NCBI GenBank assembly: GCA_000708835.1 | Contig: DF237358.1 | Coordinates: 19,772-83,771, forward strand | From: Klebsormidium nitens | Taxonomy: Eukaryota; Plantae; Klebsormidiophyceae | Length of the DNA stretch: 64,000 nt | Direction: 5' to 3' | Shown: positions 13,499 to 34,000 of the stretch, in pieces | Layout: every line of letters starts with the position of its first letter | Position numbering within the stretch: the stretch's first letter is position 1 | Translations under genes and position numbers: made by a program | The notes under the pieces: generated by a model | Told to the model about the DNA's origin: nothing | The model's database searches: none | Seen by the model: the letters and a program-made list of their open reading frames with translations, nothing else

Positions 13499-14351
13499 TC
13501 TCCGTGCTTGTTCCAACTGGCTAGCAATGCTGCACCACTTCAAAAGAAGAGAGGCAGAAGTAGCTGGTCAACTCGCAATATGATTCGTGGACACCTGTTG
13601 CGGTGCCTCCAAGCAACCCAGTCCTGACAATCTCTCTCCACCTTAGGATCTCTCGTCAGCTCTCAGAATTGACATCCACAATCTTTTGCGCACGTTTTTT
13701 CACGTTCAATCACCAGCTGATTCGAGCTCTCTGAGGCTTGAGCTCTGTGGCATGACTAACATGTGATCAGGGAATGATGTAATGAGTTGTGGTGAATTGT
13801 AGTACACTACTGGTAGTGTGTCATAGAATGTGGTGAGTTACATACATATGCAATTGTATCAGAGGAGTGCCGCAGATGGAATTAAGGCAGCCTGCCAGAG
13901 CCGCTGTCCTGAGAAGAGATGCACGGATCCTGATCAGTGCGCTGTCCTACCTAAAAAACGTGAACTTTAACCGTTCTGTGAGCTACTCCAAAAAGAGCTT
14001 CCTGAGGAGCTCGATCAGCGAGCTGAGCTCACACAGGCACGCACAGAACGACATTTTAGGGTTTCGAACTAGAGCCGGCTTAAGCGTTCCAGCAGTGTCC
14101 CCTTTCCCTATATATTGTGAGCCGTTCGATGAGTTCAAGCGACGGTTCGATGGGCTTGTTGTGGCGAATTACATCTTACAATCTAGCTTCATCTACGGTA
14201 CGATCGGATCCTGGTCAGAGTCGTGACAATTGACGGTTACAAAGCCTCTACCAATCGGTCCATCGTTTGTACAACTAGGGGCGACGACCCGTGCGTGCAT
14301 TGTGCATGATGAGGCTGGCCTGCGAAAGAAGAAACGAGCTGGCAAGCCACG

Positions 14352-21796
<7,445 letters not shown>

Positions 21797-23323
21797 AGTG
21801 TTGTCCCATCTTGGTCTTCCGTTTTATCCAGCCTTTCGGTAGCGAAGAGGTTTAATTCATCATCAGCTACTCTTGATGCTCGATCATCAACACCTAGGTA
21901 TGACAACCGCTTGTCATGATGCTTGGCATGCTTGGTGCGGCAGTGATCTGTACGGTCCCGCATCAGTTGGGATGTAATGGGCCATTTGTGCTCCCCTAGC
22001 TGCGCGCAAGTGTCCAATTGCGTACCTACCAGCTTTCAAACTCAACAGGATCCCAATGTTGATTAGATGATCGCTTCAAGTTTGGCGCATTTGGAGGAGC
22101 TTCGATTGTCGAGCGCCCTGCTAAGATCATCATTCAATCGCGGTGCACATTGCGCAACATGCGCCGTGCATGTATCCCATAAACTAAGTTAGTAACCTTT
22201 TAAGGCTAAGATGCTTACGCACTAGGCATCACTAGGCGGTCGCTGAGCGGTTGGCAGCTCTATTCCATGCCACTGAGTACGTGACGGTCGTTAGATCGGT
22301 CACATGTATACGTACATACAAGTCACAACAATGCAAAGGAATGGTAGATCTCGCACGCTAATGGCCATTGAGGCCAGACTCATGATCTGCAAACATGTTT
22401 GAGATTCAGATTTCAAAATAATTTGCAATGATCTCATGCTTGCACATGAGCCCGCTGCGAATGGATTTCTACATCTCTAGGCTAGCTACACGCCCGTGTA
22501 TAACGTTGAACGTGGAAATACCGTTGTGATCGTGATGTTCCGCTATAGTAGCCAGGCTGAGTCCCGTTGCATCCCCTGTGATATTTAGGTAAGCTTCAGC
22601 TCAACTTTGCATGAAAGCTTCGATCAGCTCAAAAGTTGCCAGGTGGCAGATGCTCGAAGGACCGTACACATATCACGCCGCGGTTTTAGGCCCATACGTC
22701 AAACAGAGCTCAAAAACTTCATGATCTCATCAAACGGTTGCTTTGAGCTGCAACAGCCGTCCGATTGATGCAGCGGCCGCTTTCGACGGCCAACGTTTCG
22801 TCCCCCAGCCTACCATCATGACTTTCCCTCATCACCAGATAACCGTTGCACTTTTTTAGATTCTCCCGGGCAATTCCTCGGATCAAAATTCAGGTTTGAA
22901 GTGTTAATTTAATGATGTTTGGCGTTCCCGTTTGACGCTTGACACTATATGAAATCTGTGGTCGGTAGGTGCAAGCGAACGTGTTTTCGAGCGCTCGGGA
23001 AGCGCGCAAACCACAACAGCTCGAATCGTGCTGATTTGTGACCCGACGCTGTTGCAACTGTAACAGCTCGCAGCTCGGCGGAAGACTTTCAAAGTCACTT
23101 CTGAACTTTGAAGGGACAAGCTAGGACGCGCGGTGCGTCTCTCCTCCAGCTGGCTCGTTGCACGGTTGCCTCTCACAAGGGCATCTGGAGACCGCCATTT
23201 CTTTGCACGCATAAAGAGCTCTTGCATCTCCTTAGTGCGGATCCAGTTTTTCCTCTTCACGCGTCTGGCCTGCTTTGCATCTGAATCGAAAAGCAGGAAG
23301 CGCTCTCTCTTGAAGCGGCAATC

Positions 23324-26300
23324 ATGTCGTCGCAGTACGTGCCAAAAACCGTGTTGATCACTGGGGCAGCGGGGTTCATCGCTTCCCATGTTGCAAACAG
23401 GCTGGTCCGCAAGTAAGTTGCTAAAGCAATTTCGGTCTCAGAAGTGCCTCCTTCAATTTTAAGTGCTAGACCTGCACTGCAGCAATTTGCAGAGTAAATT
23501 GCCGTGCAGAGTACATGCCTCTTTAGATCTGCTTCTGCTGAAATAATCAGTGGTATGAGAAAGACATCAAGCACTGGATCTGTGAGAATCTGTCTCTGAC
23601 TTTCACGCCTTGGCTTCTGGTTGCTGAAAGGAATTCTTCCCCTGCAGGTACCCGGACTACAAGATCATTGTCCTAGACAAGTTGGACTACTGCTCTGACA
23701 TCAAGAATCTAAATCCCTCTCGAGGAAAGCCAAACTTCAAGTTTATCAAGGGAGACATCGGCAGCGCCGATCTGGTCAACTATGTTCTCATGTCAGAGAA
23801 CGTGGATACCATCATGCATTTTGCTGCACAGACGCACGTCGACAACTCCTTTGGAAACTCCTTCACCTTCACGCAGAACAACATCTACGGCACTCATGTG
23901 AGTCTGGCAATTTTGTCCTCAATCGGCGAGATCTCAATGTGCTCCTGCTTAGCTGATCAATTGCCTCTGGTTATATCAGTGGTGCATCCGCAACCCAGCT
24001 TGGATTGTAGAATGGTTAAGCAGTTCTTATTTTTTCCAAGTCAAATCATGAATATTGCGCCTCATTCCAATCCAATTCGTGCAGGTTCTTCTCGAGTCTT
24101 GCAAGCAGCTTGGAACCATCAAACGGTTCATCCACGTGAGCACGGATGAGGTTTATGGTGAGCCTCTCCTCTTTCAGAAGAAACTTCCAGTTTCCTCTGC
24201 AAATTCTGTTGGTGACAGCTGAAGCTTTAGATGTGTCAACCATGGATCTCATGTGCAGCATCATAAGTGCCTTTGCGGATGAAGAGTGGTGCACAAACCT
24301 AAAGTGATCAACTTGAGAGCAGAGGCTTAGTCGCAGAAAACAGTTTTCATTCTGACGAGTCTGGCTGTCCTTGCAGGCGAGACTGAAGCAGATGCTCAGG
24401 TTGGCAACCACGAAGCTTCTCAGCTCCTTCCAACCAACCCCTATTCTGCTACTAAGGCCGGCGCTGAGATGCTTGTCATGGCTTATGGCCATAGCTACAA
24501 ACTTCCCTTCATCACCACCCGGGGTAACAACGTGTATGGTGAGGAGAACCCTAACTTTCTGCAAGCATTAGGAGAAGGTCATTCTTGCTCTGCAACTCTA
24601 GTCGATGATTCTAACGTACTTTAGGATCTGGCTAAACTCTTTTATTGTTGAACTTGCCTCGTTTTCGGAAGATGAGACTTTGACCAATACAAGCCATTTG
24701 CTGCAGGTCCCAATCAGTTCCCTGAGAAGCTCATTCCCAAGTTCCTCCTCCTGGCCATGGCTGGCAAGCCGCTGCCAATCCACGGAGATGGCTGCAACGT
24801 GCGCAGCTACCTGTATTGCGAGGATGTTGCTGGTATGAATCTCTTAACCCCTTGTCACATCATACTTGATGGTCGTCTGAAGCTGCCTACTTTCTGAAGA
24901 TTGAATTTAGCAACGCTGTTTGATTTCAAATTCCCCTGACCAGAAGGTGGTGCACAACAGGAATTCCAGCAGAAACTATGAAATTCGCCGGAGTCCCATC
25001 AACTGATCAAAGGTTAACGCAGTGTTTTTCTTTGATGCATTCTAGATCAGGTTGGCTGCATTCGCTGAGCTTCACATGTGTCTGTCTGCTCTGAAAGGGT
25101 GGTATGTAAGCTTATGTTTCCTGGTTGCAGAGGCTTTTGAGTGCATCCTCCACAAGGGTGAGATTGGCCATGTGTACAACATCGGTACACAGAAGGAGCG
25201 CCGGGTGAAGGATGTCGCTGGAGGTAAGCTAGATGACAAGTTATCGGTTTATGCTCTGATTGGATTCAACTTGCTAAGAGGACACTCTCCCTGCTGCGCC
25301 CTTTACCGTCAAAGGTATCTGCCGTTTTTTCCTGCTCCCTGTGATTGATTTGACAGCTCCGTCAACACCTTACTGATGCTTTCCTTCTGTGATAGCTCCA
25401 CATAGGATCTGGTCTTAGTTCTACATCTTTGGTGCTGATTCTAGAATCTTGCACTAAATCCTCTCATTTTCCGCTGTCCAGACATCTGCAATTTGGTGGG
25501 CGTGGATTCGGAGAAGGTGGTTCACTTCGTGGAGAACCGGCCTTTCAATGATCAGCGGTACTTCCTGGACGACAAGAAGTTGAAGCAGCTAGGCTGGGAG
25601 GTGAGGTCCTCTGTGCCTGTCTGTTCTGCCTGAGACCTGGTGTTTCAAAGACATGTTCACTTTCCGGTCCTGAAACAGACACTTCCCATGAGAGTACCAC
25701 AGGTCTGTGGTTGCGTGATGCGTCATAGCTGGGAGGATATAGTTTCCTGTCTGAATACTGTCATGGCTGAGTCAATGTGTAGTGGCTAGTTGCCAAAGCT
25801 GCACTTATGGCTAACTGTGGTTTGTACTTGGCTTGTTGCCCAAACTGCGCCTATGGATAAGATTGATTTGTACTTATTCTCTTTCTCAAAGACAAGGGCA
25901 GAAGGAGCGCAGCATTAAGAGTGACTCTTCTTCTGTAAGTGTAGACAAGAGGGGCGCATGAGCCAAATATGCATTCAGGAATGCGTGATGATTCTGGAAT
26001 GCGAGATCCTGGAATGCAAATGATTTGACATGTACTCTTCCCAAGCATCGATTTTGAAGACGAGTTTTCGTGTCTGCCATCTCAGCCTTTGTGCTATGCG
26101 CTCATGCTAATTATTGAATTGACCCAGAATTTGACCAGAGGGGGCCCAGGGGGACCCAAAGTTTGTTTGTTGTGTCTATTTGCGAGAGTTTGCAAGGGTC
26201 CCTGCTCAGTTGCACGCATATATTTGGTTCGCTTGTTTTCTGCTTGTCATCATTTGAATAACGTCAAACTCAGCTGAATGTGTGACACGCATCCAATCAT

Positions 26301-29181
26301 GGAATAGAGGAGCGACAAATCCAGGTGCAGACCTTTCCTGAATCGACGAGTCACCTAAGCAGAGGTCACATCTTCTGTAGTTTTTACCCTGCAGGAGCGC
26401 ACCTCGTGGAAGGATGGCCTCCAGAAGACCATGGAGTGGTACCGCGACAACAAGGACTGGTGGGGTGATGTCTCTGGGGCGCTCGTTGCCCACCCTCGCC
26501 TTGGCGCAGGCGTCGGAAGCGCCTCCAGCAAGGACCTCAAGCTGGCCGTTGGAGTCGAGGAGGAGGAGAAGGCGGCCGGTGCCAGCAGCCCGCCCCCGAC
26601 CACGACTCCCAAAATGGTGCACCCTTCCATCACGCCCATCAGCGCCAAGGACAGCAACAAGCACCTCAAGTTCCTGATCTACGGCAGGTGAGCGTTGTGG
26701 GGGCTTGGCAGATGCGGGTGGTTCCGTTAATCTACCTAGATCAAGGGTGGTTCAATGATGGTGTTAGTTTTGGATAATCTGCATGATTGGAAGAAGTCTC
26801 ACTTGGCTGTGGCGATGGAGAGGAAGACAGGGTCTGGCTGAGGTGTCTTTGATCACTCGTGGAAGATATTGGTTGGGCTTGAAAGCGCGTGGCTAATAAG
26901 CTTGTGTTGAGGTCAGATATCAATGGCTTTGACTCGGGAGAAGTTTCTTACGGAAGTATGGTTAGTTCAAATCGAAGGACTACTCGGGCAGGCAGGCTGT
27001 ATCAGAGAGCTGCTGTGAGGCTATTTTATTGGTAACCGCATGTTGACTTGGAAACCGTTCCTCTCCCAGGACCGGCTGGATTGGTGGCCTCCTCGGCAAG
27101 ATGTGCGCAGAGTTGGGGATCGACTACGAGTATGGCGCCAACAGACTGGAGGACCGGAGGGGAGTCGAGGAGGACATTGAGCGCGTGAAGCCGACGCACG
27201 TTTTCAACGCCGCTGGGGTCACTGGCCGGCCAAACGTCGACTGGTGCGAGACGCACAGACCCGAGACCATCAGGGCCAACGTCGTTGGGGTGCTGACGCT
27301 CGCCGATGTCACGCGAGAGCACAACCTCAACCTGGTGAATTATGCCACCGGGTGCATCTTCGAGTACGACGACAAGCATCCCGAGGGTGAGGCGGCTAAG
27401 CTTCTCAGAGACCTGCAGCATTTGAAAGTGGTTGGAATGATGACAAGCTGTGATGTCACTGTCCTGTTTTGGACGATGTAGAGCAAGTGTGGCAGTCTCG
27501 TTGCTGGTTGTTGGAAACTGACAATCCGTCCTCCTTGTGCACTGCTCGGGTCACCTTTAGTCGGACAGACTGGTTGGTTGATCAAAGAGGAGATGCATCG
27601 TTGAATATTCGGAAGAGTTCAAATGCTGAACGCCTCACTACATCCTCTGTGTCAATGTCGAGCTCGAAGTACTCTTGTCTTTGTCTACATGGATGAAAGC
27701 ACGACCTGTACTTCGCATCTAAGCAAGCGCAGGATCCGTGTCACTTCTTGCGCAGGTTCGCATCCTCTTGCATACAATTGACGTTTGCAACCGATTGCAG
27801 GAAAGGGATCGCTGCGTTACATGAAAGGATCAGCTGTGGAGCAATGTCTTACCGGTCTCCGCTGCTTACCCTTGCAGGCAGCGGCATCGGCTTCAAGGAG
27901 GAGGATTTCGCCAACTTCCGGGGCAGCTTCTACTCCAACACCAAGGCCATGGTGGAGGAGCTCCTGCGTGAGTACGACAACGTGTGCACGCTGCGCGTCC
28001 GGATGCCCATCAGCATCGACCTCGCCAACCCCCGCAACTTCATCACCAAGATCGCGCGCTACGAGAAGGTCGTCAACATCCCCAACAGGTAAGCCAATGC
28101 TGCTGATTATGTGGGAATGGAGTCGTGCTAGGCCCTTGAAGCTCGGCACTTGTCCGGATTTTACTTCTCTGCCGGAGGGCGGGCTACCTGCCACTGGTGG
28201 AGCTTTTGAGTGCTATGCACAGACTGTCCATCTGCTGTCAGTTGGTTTTGATTTGGCGTCGCTGTGCCTGCTTCGACATTCTGTATCTTTTGGCGTCATT
28301 ATTTGCACGTGGCTTTTATTCTTTGTATCCTGAACTCTGCATCTGCATTGGAGCATTGTGGATTTTATCGCTCACCCTCAATGGACTCTGGTTCCGTTCT
28401 CCTGCTGTTCTGGTTCCATTCTGATTCCGTGTCTTGATGATCACTGCTAACATCCTCGAATCCTCTGCGCCATCCAGCATGACTGTCCTGGACGAGCTCC
28501 TCCCGCTCTCCATCGAGATGGCCAAGCGTGGCCTGACTGGCATCTGGAATTTCACCAACCCTGGCGTCATCAGCCACAACGAGGTGCTCCAGCTCTACAA
28601 GGAGTTCATCAAGCCCGACTTCTCCTGGAAGGTACGCGCACAAAGTGCTCAATTGGGTTCAAGACGTTCTTGCGCCTCTGAAGAGCCACCCGTTTACGTT
28701 GTCTCAAGCAAAGTCGTCCGATCTCTGTTGAGTGGTTGCTGATCAGTTATATGGAGGTTCGCGTTGTGAACAGAGCGTCTGATTGAAAGACAAAACCACT
28801 AAGGGTAAGACAACCGGGTAAGACTTCGTTTTCAGCCAATGCCTCAGTTATTGTCCCTGAGGCATAGGTTTCGTATCTGGAAATCGCAAAATGTTGCAGC
28901 CAGGCGATTCCACTGCCACAACAAATCTCTAAACGCCCCTTCTCCATCTGCCGCAGAACTTCACCCTCGAGGAGCAGGCCAAGGTCATCGTGGCTGCCCG
29001 GAGCAACAACGAGTTGGACATGTCCAAGATGAAGAAGGAGTTCCCCAGCCTCCTCGGGATCAAGGAGTCCCTGGTCAAGTACGTCTTCGAGCCCAACAAG
29101 AAGGCCCTTGAAGCGCAGAAGGCCAATGGAGGATCTCTGAACGTCGTCCCGCCTCCCACTCCTGACTTCAGCCGCAAGTAG
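23324..29181 (+). CDS. RHM: Trifunctional UDP-rhamnose synthase (UDP-glucose 4,6-dehydratase + 3,5-epimerase/4-reductase)
   Basis: Exons 23324-23412, 23648-23897, 24085-24157, 24377-24538, 24707-24832, 25131-25223, 25482-25600, 26395-26687, 27070-27386, 27878-28088, 28478-28631, 28957-29181. LITGAAGFIASHV, HFAAQTHVDNSFGNS, HVSTDEVYG, NPYSATK, TRGNNVYGPNQFPEKLIPKF; second domain FLIYGRTGWIGG, NAAGVTGRPNVDWCE, GSFYSNTK, LRVRMPI, SNNELD. Confidence 0.96.
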
Positions 29182-29259
29182 ATAACGGCTAACTCAGCCC
29201 AAGTAACTACTAGTAGCGCTGACATACTGCAGATTCCAAACCGTATCCGGGAACGGTGC

Positions 29260-29340
29260 CCTTGTGGCTTTCATGGTTCGTTCTAGGACTGTGTACGAGA
29301 ACCTTGTGGCTTTTAGGGTTCGTTCTAGGACTGTGTACGA
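29260..29340. repeat. Two-copy direct repeat (42 bp period) downstream of the RHM stop
   Basis: ccttgtggctt(tcat/ttag)ggttcgttctaggactgtgtacga at 29260 and 29302. Confidence 0.8.
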
Positions 29341-31014
29341 GGTGACAGACAGGCTCTAGGCTACTTCTGCAGTATATCCTGGTTCCATCACAAGCTAGTC
29401 AATGTAGAAATAAGCGACGTGCGACCATTAGTATGTGGTCGTATTTATGCTAGAAAGTTTACAGAACCGTCCATTACGTAAAGCGCTGCCAAGAGTCTGG
29501 ATCCACCAGTATCCGCTAAACCGAGTTTGATCTTGATCGTTCGTACGAGCTCCATGACATGTAGTTGAGGTGTATCAATATTGGCCGGGTGTGGTCATTA
29601 TGATGCATTGCATGCGAGAAAAATGATCGTACGCACCAGCTTCGGATTTCTACATGTACGTGGTTAGTGGCAACAGTGACTTGGTGATTTGTCGAATCAG
29701 TTTAATAAGGATTCGTTGTTTGGGCGGCTTCATGCATTATGCATTGAATTAAGCCTGAAGGTCTAGTAGTTTAGTGTTCCATATGTTGTCCAGCATGTCT
29801 TCGTTTTATGGGCCCCAGTCACGTCACTGCATGCGCGTACCAAATGACTCATCATTCAGATTCACATTGAGAATGCCAGCTTGCAATTGCAGGCCGCTGC
29901 TGGGTCACTGTGATATATATATAGCACTGCAGGCAGGCTGAGCTGGCATGTCGCGGTGGGTAAGTTAATTGACGTTTCGCATGCAAGTCTTGAAGATATA
30001 TGGATCGAGTTATTTATCACGTATGTCACTCATGCACTAGCTCGATCTAGCTTATATATCTTTTGGCACTCAAAGTAAGCTAGCCTGGCAATGAATGATC
30101 GCATGCATCATCAGCTATGCAAAAGTGCATGAGTACGTGCAACCTTTATATGTCTTTTCATACACGGTGTAAAAAAGATATATACCGTATATCGCACTAG
30201 CCCGCCACCGGGCCGCGCGGCCACCATCCGATCACGTGCTTGCCACAATCTCACAGGCGAGCCCGACTTCCGAGTTGCCTGGCAAGTTAACTTAGCAATG
30301 AGTCAGATACAGGCGGTTAGTACGCATGCCGCAGGGCGCGCAGGCCAGCTGTGCAAAGGCCGGCCAAGATTGATTGGTAGTTCCAACGGTTGAGTCCTCA
30401 CTGTCACTTGGCGGCGACATGCCGCGCTTGCAGTTCATCGAACCTTTGCATGCTGGACGGCCGCACTGTCTTTGACACACATTATACTATCGGCACATGC
30501 TCGGCGATCGAGTTACATATTGATTAAGATGCTTCGATGCTCGTCGGGCAAAGGGCACTGCTCATTAGTCGAGCAGATGCAGTGCACCATTGACTCACTG
30601 CCACGTTGGGGGACTGAGCAGTCCGCCGGGCTATCCATGAGTAGGGCTCGCAACTTGTGTGTGCACTGAACTTTTAGCGGCAAGATGCTCCGCTTTCATT
30701 ACGTTAATCATGCTGTAAATCAAAAACTGATCGAGACGAGCGAGTCCTTTTCTACAACGCCCGGGAATCAAATAGAGTTGCTCGAAAGTTGAGTACTGGA
30801 GAGAAAACGTCATCCAGACGTGCACATGTATCAAACAATGTATGGATAAAGTCACAGCTGAGAAGGGACCCAATGCCCGCAACCCCCTCGCCTCAAGCTA
30901 ATAAGAACTCGCAAGTAAGCTTGTACTGTAATTAATTCGCAGGTTGTGCGCAAGAATATTTACGCTTTCGTACACCTGCACAATTCTTTCGTATTTTAAC
31001 AGCGGCAAATATTG

Positions 31015-34000
31015 TCATCTCCAGATATGTATCTTGCCCCCCGAGACCCCCCCCGCTATGATTGGCATCAACGGATGAACCGCATTCCGGGCAGGGATTG
31101 TGGGCATTTGCTCGCTAGCCAGCCTCTTCAAGTGCTTGCTTTCGACGTTGACGATGTCGATTGCCTGCAATATATATAATGTCAGAATCACTTTGAGAAA
31201 AGGTATAGCCATAAAATACGGCAATCTTGTACTCCTCTTGATGCGCACCGATACAACTGAACGATATGCGCGAGAAGCTACACCGATCACCGGCTGCGGT
31301 CCTGAAAGAAGAGGGGTTACCTTCAGGGAACTGTACGAAGCTCCTCCCGCCACCACCCTTACGGAAAAGTCAGAGAGACGCCCTTTCTTTGCTGTTCGCG
31401 ACAAAAGAGCGCCATGCGGCGAACGAGCGTCGAAACGTCCGATTGCTCTTTCTCAACCAGAAAGAAAAGCACTGCTCTCTCAACAATCACGCTGTTCAGC
31501 TACTATTGACTGTCAAAGGTGACCAAGATTGGGGGTCTCTAGTTTGACCAAGCTTACCCGGTTCATGCTCCCAACTGCCACGTGCCGGTTATCCCAGGTC
31601 CACACGGCCCGGAAGGACGAGATCCAACGGCCCGTGTTGTTGTAGTGGCTGATCAACAACGGCTGTGGCGGCGTAACTTTGGAGACGACATGTTCGAGAG
31701 AGTCGAGCATGCCGTCGTAGATGCGGATGTAGTTATCGTAACTGCAAACAGGGGTTTTGACTAACAGGGGTTAATAAGAGGCATGACTTGAAAACGATTC
31801 TAATTTCAGTGCTGGAAACGAGAAGCGATGACAAGAACGTTAGCTAAAACAAACACTGGGAAGTGGAGAGCACCAAGCGGATAACGAGGGCACACACAAA
31901 GCAGAAACTCCGGACAAGTGACGATGATCCAAGTTTGGGCACCCAAGCTCGATCGCTGCGCCCTTTTTCCGAGTTTCGGAACAAAGTGTCGCGGGTTTTT
32001 CTGCACCGGTTTGCAGCGAACCTCGTTTGCCAAGCTCAATGTGAAACTGTGACGAAGTAATTACTACAACGGTGAAACTACAGACTCCTGACGTCACGGT
32101 TTCTCGAAACTTCCATCTCAAAATTCCATCTCAAAACCATCCCATTCCTAGTATTCCATACCTGGTCGAAGCGAGTTTGTCTCCGTCCGGGGAGAAGTAG
32201 ATGGAGTTGACCGCCTTCACGTGCGGCAGACTGGCCAACGGGTGGATCACTTTCTTCGTCCCGCTCTCGGGAAGTTTTCGGACGTCCCAAATGTGGGCCA
32301 TCGCGTCCGTTCCGCCCGTGACGAAGATGTGGCTGCGGTGTGGGTTAAACTGCAACCCGAGGTTCCATCGTCATCTACTTTGACCAACATGAAGTAAAGT
32401 GGTTTGATACATATTTCAATCAAAATGAGTGGAATTCAGGTTGATTCACAATGCTTGAGGCAGTTTTCGGACGTCCAAATGTGCGCAAATGTACCGCCCG
32501 TGACGAAGATGTGGCTGCGGTGCGGGTTAAACTGCAAATACAAGGTTTATATTTGTAGGCTTTGACGAACATAAAGCTAGCGTGGTTACCAAAAGGTCTC
32601 AATCAAGACTGTTAGAAACAGGTTATGCAATCTGCTGAGGCAGTTTTCACCCTCCGTTTTCAGACGAGTCAAAAATAAGCAACCACGCCCATACATCGCG
32701 AAAGGAGGGCGTGACTGCGGGTGCGCCCCAAGTAGTTATGCTCCAGGTTAGTGATGACCTGGGTCTCGATTTGCCCCAAACGCGGTTCGCAGACGCCCTC
32801 CGCTACGTCATAAGTGCGCATGCGAGCGGTGGAACAGGCTTTACTGTTTGAGGTTAGGAATCATATAATAGAGCTCACGGAATGTGTCCAAGATCTCGGC
32901 AGCTTAAGCAAACCCGTCTGACAAACATCGCAACAGCTCCACGAAGCTTGCTGACAGTCCTCCACTTTAATCAAAAAGGAGAGCTACGTTCGATCTCAGA
33001 TGAAAGCGGAAATCGGAACGCGGGATGCATAACCGGAAGCTGCAAAGTAAAGGTGAAATTTGGAACCTATATGGGGACGAGGACGGGAAACTCAATCGTG
33101 ATCTAAACGGAAGCGAGAGCAGGACCTGAGAATGAAAAGGGAAGATGATTAAATCCGCAGCTCACGTCAATGGTGTTGATCTTCCGCCCGTGCATCTGGT
33201 ACGTCACCTGGGCCGTCGATGCCCTCAGATCGACGACCGTGAGCGCGCCCAGTCCGTCCCCTACGTACGCCACGTGGCCGCCGTCCACTGGCCCGAGACT
33301 CATCGCGCTGAAATCCGACTCTTCGTCTACGTACGCCTCGTCGAAAACGCCCTTTTCGACGTCGAGAACGCGGAGGGAGCCGTCGAAGCTGCACGAGTAG
33401 AGCTTGGTGCAGTCGCGGTTCGACACGGCGAGCGCCGAAATGGGTTTTGGCCCCACGTTGAACACGTGGACGCCGTCGTTCTGTAATGGGAGGGACCAGG
33501 TTGTCAACGACTGCGTAGATTGAAGACCTCAGATTGTACTTGCAGACGGCTTGCTGTGCAATCGTATAATGACGGTAAACATTGCAACATGCTTTCACAT
33601 TAGGCGTGTGTGGTAAGCTTTCCCACTGGGGGCTCTGCTTGCCGTCTTCTGGGCAGACTCCTGTGGCTTTGAAAGTGCATGATCTTTGAGTTCATACACA
33701 AAGCAAGAAGTTGGTAACGAGAGGAGCCGGGTGCAGAATTGAGGGCCTGAAAAATAGGCTTCACTAAGTGCAAACCGATCCAACAGCCGGCTCCTCCAGG
33801 GAGGAGAAAGCGGATGGGTCATGATGTCCAAGAGAAAAGAGACTGGCCCCCAACTCAACAAAGGGCACAAACCAAGTTAAAAGGCCGTCGGGTAGGGTAT
33901 GGAAGTATGTTTACGTCTCAGGGAGCGGAATTTTTTCGACTTTTAGAGGCCACTCGAAGGAGCATCTACTGTAGGAAATGAAAGCAACGAGAGAATGGCT

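Noticed and set aside
29101-29181. RHM C-terminal extension ending in SRK as a peroxisomal signal
   Set aside because: SRK is not a canonical PTS1 (SKL/SRL type), and RHM enzymes are cytosolic.
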